Part shown: positions 63,027-64,000 of the stretch, piece after piece
Layout of the letters: each line of letters starts with the position of its first letter
Numbering within the stretch: the stretch's first letter is position 1
Source: Octopus bimaculoides
Lineage: Eukaryota
Direction: 5' to 3'
DNA: 64,000 nt
NCBI RefSeq assembly: GCF_001194135.2
Contig: NC_069008.1
Location: 12,594,830-12,658,829, forward strand
Notes under the pieces: model-generated
What the model saw: the letters and a program-made list of their open reading frames with translations, nothing else
Databases searched by the model: none
Told to the model about the DNA's origin: nothing
Translations under genes and position numbers: made by a program

Positions 63027-64000
63027 CTATATATCACAATTTTCTTGTTTCCCTCCAGTATGCTTCCTGTGGTGTTTAATTAGTTGTTCATTTTTAGGGA
63101 AGGAGCTACCACAGATATAACAGTGATATGGATTCACGTCCATATGACATTGTCTGTGTTGAATTAGATGTTGTTTTTGAGAAAATGATTTACCACAAAT
63201 ACCACAATCATATAGATTCTCTCCTGCATGAATTTTTCTGTGTTGATTTCTTTGTTGTTTTTGAGAGAAGAATTCACCACAGAAACCACAACTATACAGT
63301 CTCTCTCCTGTATGAGTTTGTTTGTGTTGAATTAGTTTTTGATTTTTAGCGAATGATTTACCACAGATATCACAATGATATGGTTTCACTCCTGCAAGTC
63401 TTTCTATGTGTTTAATTAGACTTTCATTACTAGAGAATGATTTACCACAGATATCACAATGACATGGTTTCTCTACTGTATGACCTTCTCTGTGTTCAAT
63501 TTGTCGTTGTTTTCGAGAGAATGATTCACCACAGATATTGCAATAATATAGTTTCTTTCCTGTGTGAGTTTCACTGTGTTGAATTAGTTTTTGAATTCCA
63601 GAGAACACTTCACCACAGACACTACAAAAATACAGTTTCCCTTCTGTATGAATTTGCTTATGTTGAATTAGTTGTTGATTTCCAGAGAATGATTTACCAC
63701 AGGTATCACAATCAAATGGTTTCTCAACTTTATGCTTATGCTGGTGTTTCTTTAGCTGTAGATTTCGAGAGAATGATTTATCACAGATCTCACAATGATA
63801 TGGTTTCTCACCTGTATGCTTGCGGTTGTGTTTAATTAGTTGCTGTTTTTGAGAGAACGATTTATCACAGGTATCACAATGATATGGTTTCTCACCTGTA
63901 TGCTTGCGGCTGTGCTTATTTAGTTGTTGTTTTTGAGAGAATGATTTACCACAGGTATCACAATGATATGGTTTCTTACCTGTATGCTTGCGGCTGTGTT
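63027..64000 (-). CDS. C2H2 zinc-finger protein ZNF-F, partial (5' end outside window), divergent Gln-rich helices
   Basis: Manual translation shows the frame of the 63027-63608 ORF stays open to the window edge ([29 protein letters not shown]...). About 11 fingers visible. Ghost fingers and the shared 3' block follow at 62400-63020. Confidence 0.85.
   Translation of the reverse strand, partial: HSRKHTGKKPYHCDTCGKSFSQKQQLNKHSRKHTGEKPYHCDTCDKSFSQKQQLIKHNRKHTGEKPYHCEICDKSFSRNLQLKKHQHKHKVEKPFDCDTCGKSFSGNQQLIQHKQIHTEGKLYFCSVCGEVFSGIQKLIQHSETHTGKKLYYCNICGESFSRKQRQIEHREGHTVEKPCHCDICGKSFSSNESLIKHIERLAGVKPYHCDICGKSFAKNQKLIQHKQTHTGERLYSCGFCGEFFSQKQQRNQHRKIHAGENLYDCGICGKSFSQKQHLIQHRQCHMDVNPYHCYICGSSFPKNEQLIKHHRKHTGGKQENCDI

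Overview
AT-rich, microsatellite- and gap-rich animal genomic DNA. The repeat content (RTE-clade LINE pieces with (ATG)n tails, tRNA-headed SINEs, mariner/Tc1/Tigger/piggyBac relics) and the gene content point to a coleoid cephalopod, most likely Octopus; this is an inference, not a database hit. The window holds part of a tandem C2H2 zinc-finger cluster. There are five complete finger-array ORFs, labelled here ZNF-A (+, 1.3-2.7 kb, 16 fingers), ZNF-B (+, 10.9-12.1 kb, 14), ZNF-C (-, 23.9-25.3 kb, 16), ZNF-D (-, 32.3-34.2 kb, 22) and ZNF-E (-, 44.7-46.0 kb, 16). There is also a 5'-deleted pseudogene ZNF-D' (-, 30.3-31.4 kb) and a divergent Gln-rich gene ZNF-F that runs off the right edge. No KRAB, BTB, SCAN or ZAD domain is visible. 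Comparing paralogs by eye recovers the duplicated unit: CpG-rich exon 1, a short non-coding exon with a conserved CAG|GTAAGA donor, a conserved acceptor, a ~350-400 nt uAUG-rich leader, the finger array, a stop in or next to a TGEKPY linker, decayed 'ghost' fingers, a conserved AATAAA block and a co-duplicated ancient RTE relic. The main oddities are: a ~660 bp near-identical tract between the inverted paralogs B and C (probable gene conversion); finger blocks reused between paralogs; a SINE-ZNF chimeric ORF; two TIR elements carrying TTAGGG repeats in upstream regions; an octamer+CCAAT inverted-repeat element next to exon 1 of ZNF-C; and a ~270 bp tandem array with a conserved hairpin. Coordinates of degraded repeats are approximate (tens of bp). 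Many N gaps limit what can be seen.
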